NCBI GenBank assembly: GCA_052279835.1
Contig: CP181291.1
Location: forward strand, 4,192,001 to 4,256,000
From: Microcoleus sp.
Lineage (GTDB): Bacteria > Cyanobacteriota > Cyanobacteriia > Cyanobacteriales > Microcoleaceae
Direction of reading: 5' to 3'
DNA length: 64,000 bases
Shown here: positions 55,497 to 64,000 of the stretch, in pieces
Position numbering within the stretch: the stretch's first letter is position 1
Layout: each line of letters starts with the position of its first letter
Notes under the pieces: model-generated
Told to the model about the DNA's origin: nothing
What the model saw: only the letters and a program-made list of their open reading frames with translations
Databases searched by the model: none
Position numbers and translations under genes: made by a program

Positions 55497-55781
55497 CAAC
55501 AAAATGGGTTTGAAACCCCGTCCTGTGAGGACGGCTTTACCACAATTTAACACATCTCACGAGATCGGTATATGAGTTAACCAGCCTTTAAGTAGCGATT
55601 CTATCGGACTCCCGAACCAGAAACCTCGATCGCCCCGATGATAGGCTGTACTCGCCTGGTCTACAACGGTGGCTGGAGAGTTCCGACAGAGGCTTGGTAC
55701 AAAGACAAGCAACGAGTGGCTACAACGATATTTCAGCTAGATTGACTCTTTGGAATCAGAACCCGGAACTCGAATTCCTCC
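55497..55781 (+). pseudogene. tnpB: Decayed IS200/IS605 left end plus tnpB 5' fragment
   Basis: Left-end hairpin CCGTCCTGTGAGGACGG resembles the one at about 60472. Translation from 55572 gives MS*PAFK*RFYRTPE...GCTRLVYN...TEAWY, then a frameshift to GYNDISARLTLWNQNPELEFL. Confidence 0.8.
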
Positions 55782-56226
55782 TAGGCGCTTCTATCTTGTA
55801 GATATCAAAAAAATCCGATCGATCATCAATTATCAAAATAATAATTAAAGATTTTAATGAGTATATAATACTACTAAGTTGCCAAATTGTTTGATTTACA
55901 ATTCACAAACAACTCATAGCTTTTTGTAAAGCTTCTGGTACAGTACGGCTGACCTCTAACTGGTTGAATACTGTAATGAGGGAGGTTTTAAAAGCTCGTG
56001 AAAAGGTTAAATGTTATATAATCCTACCAAAGGGGTTAAAAGGCTGGGGAAGGTACACGCTAAAGTTTCCAATATCCGTACAGAAATCAAGTTGATGTCA
56101 ATCTTATGTAGCAGACTCACGGATAATTAATTAAGACGTGATAGCTGAGGGCTGACCAAACAATTTTAAATTTGAGATTGTTGAGTTAAAAATGACTAGG
56201 AGTGCTTTTTAAGCAAGGAGGATTTT

Positions 56227-58770
56227 ATGCGTGCAGTGCTGATGGCTGGGGGGTCGGGAACGAGGCTCAGACCTCTGACGTGCGATTTGCCAAAACCGAT
56301 GGTGCCTATTCTTAATCGCCCGATCGCACAACACATTATCAATTTGCTAAAAAGACATCAGATTAGGGAAATTATTGCGACGCTGCACTATCTTCCTGAT
56401 GTCATGCGCGAATACTTTGGAGACGGCAGTGAATTTGGCGTACAAATGACTTACGCTGTGGAAGAAGACCAGCCCCTGGGTACCGCAGGGTGTGTCAAAA
56501 ATATTGCCGAATTGCTCGATCGCACTTTTATCGTGATTAGTGGCGATAGTATCACAGATTTAGACTTGACGGCTGCTGTGCAATTTCACCGCAGCCAGAA
56601 ATCCAAAGCTACGTTAATTTTAACTCGCGTTCCCAACCCCATGGAATTCGGAGTGGTGATTACTGACGAAAATCACCGGATCAATCGCTTTCTGGAAAAA
56701 CCTTCTAGTAGCGAAATTTTCTCCGATACTGTGAATACCGGCACTTACATTTTAGAGCCGGAAGTCTTGGATTACCTGCCGCTGGATGTGGAATCTGATT
56801 TCTCGAAAGACTTGTTTCCGCTGTTGCTAGAAAAAGGTGAGCCGATGTATGGTTACATCGCTGAGGGTTACTGGTGCGATGTCGGCCAGTTAGATGTCTA
56901 CCGGGAAGCTCAGTATGACGCGCTGCGGGGAAAGGTGAAATTGGATTTGAGCTACTACGACCAAGTGCGATCGGGATTGTGGGTAGGTCAGAATACTTTT
57001 ATTGACGATAGTGCGATCGTGGAAGTACCCGCGATGATCGGCAACAATTGTCGCATCGGAGCTAGAGTCAAAATCGAAGCCGGTTCGGTGATTGGAGATA
57101 ACGTAACTGTGGGGGCCGATGCCAACCTCAAGCGTCCCATCGTGTGGAACGGAGCAATTATCGGCGAAGATGCTCATCTCAGGGCTTGTGTGATTTGCAG
57201 GAGCACTCGCGTAGACAGGCGGGCTCACGTATTAGAAGGGGCTGTGGTCGGTTCCATGTCCATAGTCGGAGAAGAAGCCCAAGTGGGGCCGAGCGTCCGC
57301 GTCTGGCCTAGTAAAAATATTGAATCGGGGGCTTTGTTAAATAGCAATTTAATTTGGGGAGAACAAGCTAAGCGGAATTTATTTGGTCAACGGGGGGTTC
57401 AAGGACTAGCGAATGTGGATGTTACCCCGGAATTTGCCGTGAAATTGGGCGCTGCTTATGGTTCTACTTTGAAACCAGGTTCTTCGGTATCGGTGTCTAG
57501 GGATCAGCGGAGCATTTCCCGGATGGTTTCGAGGTCTTTGATTGCTGGTTTAATGTCGGTGGGAATTAGTGTGGTCAATTTGGAATCCACGGCAATTCCG
57601 ATCGCGCGCACGGTTTCATGTACTCTGTCAGTGGCTGGTGGGATTCACGTTCGGATTTCGCCCGATCGATCGGACCACATTTTAATTGAATTTTTCGATA
57701 CCAAAGGTATCAATATTACGAAAGCGGCGGAGAAGAAAATCGAGGGCGCTTACTTTAAAGAAGATTTACGGCGGGCTCTGATTCCTGAAATTGGGGAGAT
57801 GTCGTACTTTAACCAATCTCTGGAGGTTTACTCCCGCACCTTTGAGCGGCAAATGAATGTAGAAGCCATTCGCTACAGTAATTCTAAGGTAGTTATCGAT
57901 TACGTCTATGCAGTTTCGGGGGCAATTTTGCCACAAATGCTCGCCAAATTTGGTTGCGATGCGGTGGTACTTAATGCCAGTCTTAAACAAAGTTCTCTGA
58001 GCAATGGCGAACGGGAATATTTGCTTGACCAACTCGGTCGGGTGGTGAAAGCACTCAGCGCTAATTTTGGGGTACAGGTGTCGGCCAATGGCGAACAGTT
58101 AATTTTGGTAGATGAGTCTGGGATAGCGATTCGCGGGGAAATGTTGACGGCGTTGATGGTAAATTTGATGCTGACTTCGCATCCAAAAGGTACAGTGGTA
58201 GTACCGGTCAATGCTTCTTCTGCGGTAGAGGCGATCGCCCGTCGCTATCAAAGTAAAGTAATCCGCACTAAAGCGAATCCCACTGCTTTGATGGAAGCTG
58301 CTAACAGGAATCCCAACGTGGTTTTGGGTGGCAGTGGAAATATGGGTTTTATTTTCCCCCAATTGCATCCTGGATTTGACGGAATGTTCTGTATTGCTAA
58401 AGTGATAGAAATGATGACGATTCAGGAGCGATCGCTAGGACAGATTAAGGCAGAACTTCCTCGCGTCACTCATCGTAGTTACAGCGTCCGCTGTCCTTGG
58501 ACTGTCAAGGGTTCTCTGATGCGATATTTAGTAGAAACTCATTCCCCAGATAGTTTAGAATTAGTAGATGGAGTGAAAATATTTAACTCCAGCGATGACA
58601 ATTGGGTATTAGTTTTGCCCGATGCTAGCGAACCGACAGTCCATATTTTTGCTAACAGTGAAGACCGAGATTGGGTATCTGAAACTTTGAAGGAGTACCG
58701 CAGCCTAGTTCAGGATTTTGTTAGCCAAACTGAGGCGGCTGTTCGCAAAGATAAATTTGGTAATGGGTAA
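56227..58770 (+). CDS. Mannose-1-phosphate guanylyltransferase / phosphomannomutase-like fusion
   Basis: MAGGSGTRLRPLT..PKP, hexapeptide repeats, C-terminal PGM/PMM domains. Confidence 0.92.
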   Translation: MRAVLMAGGSGTRLRPLTCDLPKPMVPILNRPIAQHIINLLKRHQIREIIATLHYLPDVMREYFGDGSEFGVQMTYAVEEDQPLGTAGCVKNIAELLDRTFIVISGDSITDLDLTAAVQFHRSQKSKATLILTRVPNPMEFGVVITDENHRINRFLEKPSSSEIFSDTVNTGTYILEPEVLDYLPLDVESDFSKDLFPLLLEKGEPMYGYIAEGYWCDVGQLDVYREAQYDALRGKVKLDLSYYDQVRSGLWVGQNTFIDDSAIVEVPAMIGNNCRIGARVKIEAGSVIGDNVTVGADANLKRPIVWNGAIIGEDAHLRACVICRSTRVDRRAHVLEGAVVGSMSIVGEEAQVGPSVRVWPSKNIESGALLNSNLIWGEQAKRNLFGQRGVQGLANVDVTPEFAVKLGAAYGSTLKPGSSVSVSRDQRSISRMVSRSLIAGLMSVGISVVNLESTAIPIARTVSCTLSVAGGIHVRISPDRSDHILIEFFDTKGINITKAAEKKIEGAYFKEDLRRALIPEIGEMSYFNQSLEVYSRTFERQMNVEAIRYSNSKVVIDYVYAVSGAILPQMLAKFGCDAVVLNASLKQSSLSNGEREYLLDQLGRVVKALSANFGVQVSANGEQLILVDESGIAIRGEMLTALMVNLMLTSHPKGTVVVPVNASSAVEAIARRYQSKVIRTKANPTALMEAANRNPNVVLGGSGNMGFIFPQLHPGFDGMFCIAKVIEMMTIQERSLGQIKAELPRVTHRSYSVRCPWTVKGSLMRYLVETHSPDSLELVDGVKIFNSSDDNWVLVLPDASEPTVHIFANSEDRDWVSETLKEYRSLVQDFVSQTEAAVRKDKFGNG

Positions 58771-58957
58771 TTGGTAAGGGGGCATTGGTAATTGGGAATT
58801 GGTAATGCAAAAGTGAAAAGATAAAATGCGTTATTTTAAGTTTTACCTTTTTACTTGAAAGTCAATTCCCAATGCCCAATGCCCAATGCCCAATTCCCAA
58901 TTCCCAATTCCCAATCCCCAATCCCCAATCCCCAATCCCCAATTCCCAATTCCCAAT
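58757..58957. repeat. Inverted heptamer tandem repeats (TTGGTAA/TTGGGAA versus TTCCCAA/TGCCCAA/TCCCCAA)
   Basis: Two facing 7-mer arrays in the intergenic region. Confidence 0.9.
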
Positions 58958-58963
58958 TAAGTT

Positions 58964-59521
58964 ATGAATAGCTGCATTTTGTTGGTGGAAATAATTCAAG
59001 AACCACAACTCCGTTTTACTGCTGAAAATCAACTTCAGATCGCTGAAATGCTAGTGGAGTTTCCAGGTCCAAAACCTGAAGATCCGCCCGAACGTTTGAA
59101 GGTGATAGGATGGGGAAATTTTGCCGTGGAAATCCATGAAAAATATCATGAAGGCGATCGCGTGATTATTGAAGGCCGACTCAACATGAACACAATGGAA
59201 AGAGATGGTATCAAAGAGAAGCGAGCCGAACTGACAGCTCAAAAAATTTACAGTCTCGGTGCGAATGCGATGAACTCGGATCTCGCCCCTAGAACCGCCC
59301 CGGAACCAGCTCAAATTCGTGACAGCGCGCCTCAGACCGTGCCTAGCAATGTGGTACCTTTAGGCTCGCGAAACCGCAGTTCTAGCAACGCTCCCGGACC
59401 TGCTAATCGCACTTCTAGCTCTGATTGGAACTCCCATCAGTCTCCAAATTCTGAGTCCGATCGCTCGTCGGGTTCCTCTAACGAAGCTGACAATCCCGAT
59501 TACGATCCAATTCCGTTTTAA
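58964..59521 (+). CDS. SSB-like single-stranded DNA-binding protein
   Basis: [19 protein letters not shown] fold, disordered tail ending DPIPF. Confidence 0.88.
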   Translation: MNSCILLVEIIQEPQLRFTAENQLQIAEMLVEFPGPKPEDPPERLKVIGWGNFAVEIHEKYHEGDRVIIEGRLNMNTMERDGIKEKRAELTAQKIYSLGANAMNSDLAPRTAPEPAQIRDSAPQTVPSNVVPLGSRNRSSSNAPGPANRTSSSDWNSHQSPNSESDRSSGSSNEADNPDYDPIPF

Positions 59522-59530
59522 GAAATAAAG

Positions 59531-59570
59531 TGCGTCACTGGATCTATCGGCCGATAGATCCAGTGACGCA
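59531..59570. terminator. 40-bp perfect palindrome, probable bidirectional terminator
   Basis: TGCGTCACTGGATCTATCGG|CCGATAGATCCAGTGACGCA with flanking A and T runs, between convergent genes. Confidence 0.75.
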
Positions 59571-59605
59571 TTTTAATTTAAGGGCGATCGGACTTCAGGT
59601 GAGAG

Positions 59606-59726
59606 GGAGCATCCCATTTTTGCAAATATATCCGTAGGGGAGAAGCATTACGGCAGTAAGTCTCTGCTTATAACCAATAAACTATCTGCCGTAATGCTTC
59701 GCCCCTCCAACATTCGGATGCACCCA
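59606..59726. repeat. GTAG-type REP doublet within GGGAGCATCC/GGATGCACCC ends
   Basis: GTAGGGGAGAAGCATTACGGCAG...CTGCCGTAATGCTTCGCCCCT; related GTAGGGGC doublets at about 6402-6463 and 24308-24372. Confidence 0.75.
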
Positions 59727-59798
59727 GGTTAGAGTGCGGTAGCGAAACGGATATCCCTTAATCCAGACCTATAGAGTCTACTGGTAGATATACAATTT

Positions 59799-60143
59799 TT
59801 ACAGCTTGATAGTCAGAACTTTTTTCTTGCTTTTTTCGTCGCGCAGCACCACTGTATTGTAGGGTGATGTATCTGTCCCCAGCGGAATTGGCAGCTTAAA
59901 GGTGTGGCTTTTATGCTTAAGTTCGCCTAAATCAATGCTTTTCGATATATTGCCATCTGTTGCGAGATAAGCGGTCAGTTCGCCTTGATAATCTTCAATC
60001 AAAAAGTCTCTGAAAAAAACGACTTCCCCACCCTCGACATCGATAGCAAGGATGACCGTACCGCTAAACGTGGCGCCTTTTTGTTCTTCATCAACCGTCG
60101 CCATTTTAATTTCCGAGGGGTCTTGACCGGACATATCTGCCAT
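59799..60143 (-). CDS. DM13-like domain protein
   Basis: AYLA...IDLGELK....F.LPIP..TD...YNTVVL pattern; GGAG RBS upstream. Confidence 0.6.
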   Translation of the reverse strand: MADMSGQDPSEIKMATVDEEQKGATFSGTVILAIDVEGGEVVFFRDFLIEDYQGELTAYLATDGNISKSIDLGELKHKSHTFKLPIPLGTDTSPYNTVVLRDEKSKKKVLTIKL

Positions 60144-60303
60144 AAATTTTTTCTCCTGAGAGGAGTGCGATTAACTAACAAGAATCCTACCTAACGCTAA
60201 GGGCGATCGCAAAACTCTTAGGACGTATTTCTACATCGGTCTCGCTTCTGTCTCAGGTTAGAGAAGCCCCCGATCCCGTATTAGATCGCTAATTCTCTCA
60301 GTT

Positions 60304-60408
60304 ATATCGTTTCTGGTTGCATCGGAATGATTTAACCGCAGAGAACACAGAGGACACAGAGGGAGAAAATAGAGGTCTTAATAATTCAGATGCTACCGAA
60401 CTTGATAT
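60304..60408. repeat. Dispersed MITE-like repeat (TTAACCGCAGAGAACACAGAGGACACAGAGGGAGA family)
   Basis: Imperfect TIRs; full or partial copies at about 8727, 9579, 14435 (minus), 20265 and 44080. Confidence 0.8.
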
Positions 60409-60450
60409 CAAATCTTTGGCTTCAACTGCAAATTTTTACGCAGAATTGAC

Positions 60451-61752
60451 CAAAAGGATGGGATACAAGCCCCGTCCTTTTAGGACGGCTTTAATTTTTC
60501 ATGATTTTATTAGCAGAACCTAGTATAATAGAGTAAATAAACAGCCAAGAGAAATGAAAGCAAGGTATCAATTCCGTTTCTATCCAACCGACAAACAAAA
60601 ACAGAGTTTAGCTCAGTTGTTTGGTTGTGTTCGGGTAGTGTGGAATGATGCCTTAGCTCTCTGTAAGCAGTCCGAGAAAAAACCCAAATCTGCCGAACTC
60701 CAAAAGCTAGTAATTACTCAAGCAAAACAAACAATCGAAAGAGCTTGGTTGTCAGAAGTTTCAAACATCCCGTTACAGCAGTCGGTAGCAGATTTGGAAA
60801 CAGCTTTTAAAAACTTTTTTGAGTCCTGTAAAGGGAAAAGAAAAGGTCATAAAGTTGGCTATCCCAATTTCAAAAAACGCACAAACAGCCAGTCTGCCCG
60901 GTTAAATCGCGGGGGTTTTTCAATTAAAGGAGATGGCGTTTATCTAGCCAAAATCGGAATTGTCAACCCTGTTTGGTCTAGACAGCTACCGTCCGCTCCT
61001 AGCTCTGCAACGATAATCAAGGATTGTGCTAATCGCTATTTTCTGAGCTTTGTTGTAGAGATTAATCCAGAGCGCGTAGATGCTAAAAACCACAGCATCG
61101 GCATCGATTTGGGCATTAAAACCTTTGCAGTGATGAGCAATGGCGATCAAGCCGAAAGTCCTAGCTACAAAAAACTAGATCGGAAAGTCCGCAAACTTCA
61201 GAAAAAACTAGCTCGTCAACAGAAGGACTCCAAACGTAGAAACAAAACTCGAACCCAGATAGCCAAACTACACAATCAAATTGCCGACACTCGTAAAGAC
61301 TTCTTGCACAAACTGTCTACTAAAATAGTTAGTGAAAATCAAACTATTGTTTTAGAAGACTTGAACGTATCGGGAATGGTAAAAAAACCGCAGACTTGCT
61401 AGGGTGATTAGCCAGCAAGGATGGTATGAGTTCCGATCGTTGTGCGAGGGAAAGTCGGAAAAATTTGGTAGGGATTTTAGGGTAATCAGTCGTTGGGAAC
61501 CTACAAGCCAAATTTGCTCAGATTGTGGTTTTAGATGGGGCAAACTCGATCTAAAAATCCGATCTGTTCAGTGTCATAATTGCGGAACCGAACACGATCG
61601 AGATGAAAACGCAGCCAAAAATATAAACAAAGTCGGGACAGGGCATTGCCACGACTGTAAACGGACGCAGAGACAGAGTAAGACTACCTTTGGTAGCGTC
61701 AGTCGGTGAAGCGTCAAGAATCACCGCGCTCATCTGCCGGTGAGTATGTCAA
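60451..61752 (+). mobile_element. tnpB-only IS200/IS605 (IS1341-type) element
   Basis: TTGAC immediately 5' of the element, left-end hairpin CCGTCCTTTTAGGACGG, right-end hairpin TCACCG...CGGTGA and terminal TCAA. Confidence 0.88.
60554..61709 (+). pseudogene. tnpB: RNA-guided endonuclease TnpB, frameshifted at an A7 run (61381-61387)
   Basis: YQFRFYP, IGIDLG, VLEDL in the first frame; CSDCG..CHNCG, HDRDENAA in the next frame. Confidence 0.92.
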
Positions 61753-61787
61753 CAAGACAGGATATTCCAGGTTCCTAGCGCAATCAA

Positions 61788-63188
61788 TCACGTCTTTGGT
61801 TGATGTGGTTTCGATTGATTCGCCAGTACCTGCTTTAATACCTGCAACAGAATGCGAGGTTGAAATAGTGTGGTATTAGATTTCAACATATGCAAAACTT
61901 GCAAAAAACTGAGTGTAGTTTGAGGATCGCGCACAGTTAAATGAATGACTTGGTTCATGTACCATCCCATCAACTTTTCCGGGACACTATGAGCCTTGGT
62001 GATACCTTGAATGCTAGGGTATTTAGCATCTTGACTCGTAGCGGTAATCCAAGGTTCAGCATTAATTTTTGCCAGTTGTTTCTGAAATGTTTTTGCTAAT
62101 CCAGTGAGGCTAGGTGAGGGCTGTCGGGCAATTTTTGCCAAGCACGTCTCTAAGGCCTTGACTCCCAATGCGGCTACAGTCATGCCTTGAGCATAAATGG
62201 GTGTGAAGGAACAAACAGCATCTCCTAAAACCACAAAGCGTTCGGGCTGTCGCTTCAGAGTTTCGTAGTGGCATAACCGATTGCCTGGAGAATGGTAAAT
62301 TTCAATCGGTGTAGAAGGTTTTGCCTGCTTAATAGCGTTGTAAATCATCGGGCTGGGTAAGTGCTCGATCGCCTCCAAAAGGGCAGCTTCATCTTTTGAG
62401 GGGCGGTGGGGTACAGTGGTACACAACCCCAGAATCCAACTGTTATTTTCAATGGGGAACAGGACAGCCATCGAAGTGCGTTCCGGTGGAGAGGCTTGCA
62501 GATAAACGGCTTTCCAATCGGATTGAAATCCTGCGGGAATCTCATATGTGCAACCGGTATATCCCATGCCCGCTGTAATCACTGTTTCCTTTGGCACCTC
62601 ATAGCCCAATGCTTTCAACCATTTGGGGGCTTGCGAACTATAGCCGCTGGCATCCACCACAAAATCAGCGAGCAAGGTTTGCTCTTGAGTCTCTCCGTTT
62701 TGCTCACGTTGGCGGAATCTGACTCCAGCAATGCTAGTTCCATCAGCCGTGGAAATGAGTTGAGTTACATAAGCTTCCTCCTGGAAATGAAGGTGACTTA
62801 CTCGTGCTAATCGACGGTAAATTAACCAATCCAAAATGTGGCGGCTAAAAGACAGCACTGTAAATCCAGAGGGGAAACGAGTATTCCAGCCAAAAGGGTT
62901 GAGCCATTTCACATCGCTTCCCATATCCAGTGTTACGGCTCCTTGAGCGATTAATTCTGCTTCTATACCTGGAAAGAAATCTTCGATGATTTGACGACCT
63001 CGGCTTAGCAAAAGATGAAGTTGAGTGCCTTGAGGAATGCCCCTGCGAGGTTCTGGTTGAAGAGGGAAGCGATCTCGTTCAATGATTGTCACCTGTTCAA
63101 AATAATCACTCAAAACCCTAGCTGTCAGGAGTCCGGCTATGCTTCCGCCAATGACTACCGCATGATGACCCAAAGCTGAATTTGCCAT
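61788..63188 (-). CDS. FAD-dependent monooxygenase/oxidoreductase
   Basis: VIGGSIAGL, VVDASG, LGDAVCSFTPIYAQGMT. Confidence 0.9.
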   Translation of the reverse strand: MANSALGHHAVVIGGSIAGLLTARVLSDYFEQVTIIERDRFPLQPEPRRGIPQGTQLHLLLSRGRQIIEDFFPGIEAELIAQGAVTLDMGSDVKWLNPFGWNTRFPSGFTVLSFSRHILDWLIYRRLARVSHLHFQEEAYVTQLISTADGTSIAGVRFRQREQNGETQEQTLLADFVVDASGYSSQAPKWLKALGYEVPKETVITAGMGYTGCTYEIPAGFQSDWKAVYLQASPPERTSMAVLFPIENNSWILGLCTTVPHRPSKDEAALLEAIEHLPSPMIYNAIKQAKPSTPIEIYHSPGNRLCHYETLKRQPERFVVLGDAVCSFTPIYAQGMTVAALGVKALETCLAKIARQPSPSLTGLAKTFQKQLAKINAEPWITATSQDAKYPSIQGITKAHSVPEKLMGWYMNQVIHLTVRDPQTTLSFLQVLHMLKSNTTLFQPRILLQVLKQVLANQSKPHQPKT

Positions 63189-63238
63189 GATTTTTGTTTT
63201 TTCAAGTTGAGACTCACGAGGTTTTTGATTTAAATATA

Positions 63239-63913
63239 TTAGACATCTGGCACAATTTCCAATCCAAATACTTCTGCAAACTCCGCCACCACGATCGCCC
63301 GAACGCGATCGACCTCAATTCCAGGAATAAACTGCTCCAAACTCCCCACAGGCTTATCGGGAATCCCGCAAGGTACAATTTGCCCAAAGCCAGCCAAATC
63401 CGGGCAAACATTTAAAGCAAAACCGTGCATAGTAATCCAGCGACTAACCTTAATCCCGATCGCAGCTACTTTGTACCCATCAACCCAAACCCCAGTCATC
63501 CCCGGCACCCGCGCCCCCGAAAGCCCCAAAACAGCCAGCACCCTCAGCAGCACCTCCTCCAACTGTCGCAAATACCAGTGCAAATCCTGCTGGTGACGGC
63601 GCAAATTCAAAATCGGATAGCCCACCAACTGACCCGGACAATGGTAAGTCACCTCACCGCCTCGCTCGACTCGGTGCAATTCCGGCGCAGTGTCGCCCTC
63701 AAATTTGAGAAATTCCAATTTCGCCCCCTGTCCCAAGGTGTAAACGGGCGGATGTTCCAGCAAAATCAGCACATCCGGCAAATCAGGACGATCGCGCCGC
63801 TCTTGCACCAGTTGTTGCTGAGCTTCCCAAGCTTGGGAGTAGGGTACTTGTCCCCAGTCAAGGAGCAAGCAGGATTGAGAATGTAGATTTTGAGGAAAAG
63901 AAGGGAAAATCAT
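63239..63913 (-). CDS. lipB: Lipoyl(octanoyl) transferase
   Basis: [37 protein letters not shown]. Start uncertain. Confidence 0.96.
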   Translation of the reverse strand: MIFPSFPQNLHSQSCLLLDWGQVPYSQAWEAQQQLVQERRDRPDLPDVLILLEHPPVYTLGQGAKLEFLKFEGDTAPELHRVERGGEVTYHCPGQLVGYPILNLRRHQQDLHWYLRQLEEVLLRVLAVLGLSGARVPGMTGVWVDGYKVAAIGIKVSRWITMHGFALNVCPDLAGFGQIVPCGIPDKPVGSLEQFIPGIEVDRVRAIVVAEFAEVFGLEIVPDV

Positions 63914-64000
63914 GAAAAAAATCAAGAGTGTTTTTACTGAAAATTTACCTAGTTAAAATTAAGAATTGTCAACTGATCAAAAAGATTTTCAAGATGAGTG

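Noticed and set aside
1..64000. High frequency of GCGATCGC
   Set aside because: This is the well-known cyanobacterial HIP1 sequence and is not novel.

Overview
This is a 64-kb stretch of chromosome from a filamentous cyanobacterium, probably Microcoleus/Oscillatoriales-like. The assignment rests on frequent HIP1 (GCGATCGC) sites, heptamer tandem repeats and apcABC. The core content is sufR-sufBCDS with SufR boxes, hslO, ftsW/rodA, a pflB-pflA-adhE fermentation operon, an acetate-CoA ligase/GNAT fusion, apcABC, rplU-rpmA, thiE-thiS, a cation/H+ antiporter, a probable 6S RNA, an NDP-sugar pyrophosphorylase/phosphomannomutase and lipB. Accessory or unusual items are: (1) a stand-alone 5S rRNA with its own promoter and terminator; (2) a mosaic tandem triplication of NodS-like methyltransferases; (3) a three-gene kinase/diguanylate cyclase cassette with a duplicated REC-PAS module lying between fermentation genes; (4) an IS701-type element with two nonsense codons, intact TIRs and a 5-bp TSD; (5) a tnpB-only IS200/IS605 element with one homopolymer frameshift; (6) a decayed tnpB element that abuts a start codon; (7) a compositionally odd apcA leader; (8) many REP/MITE-like repeats. 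I saw no CRISPR array, tRNA or prophage. All family assignments come from motif recognition by eye, and no database search was run.
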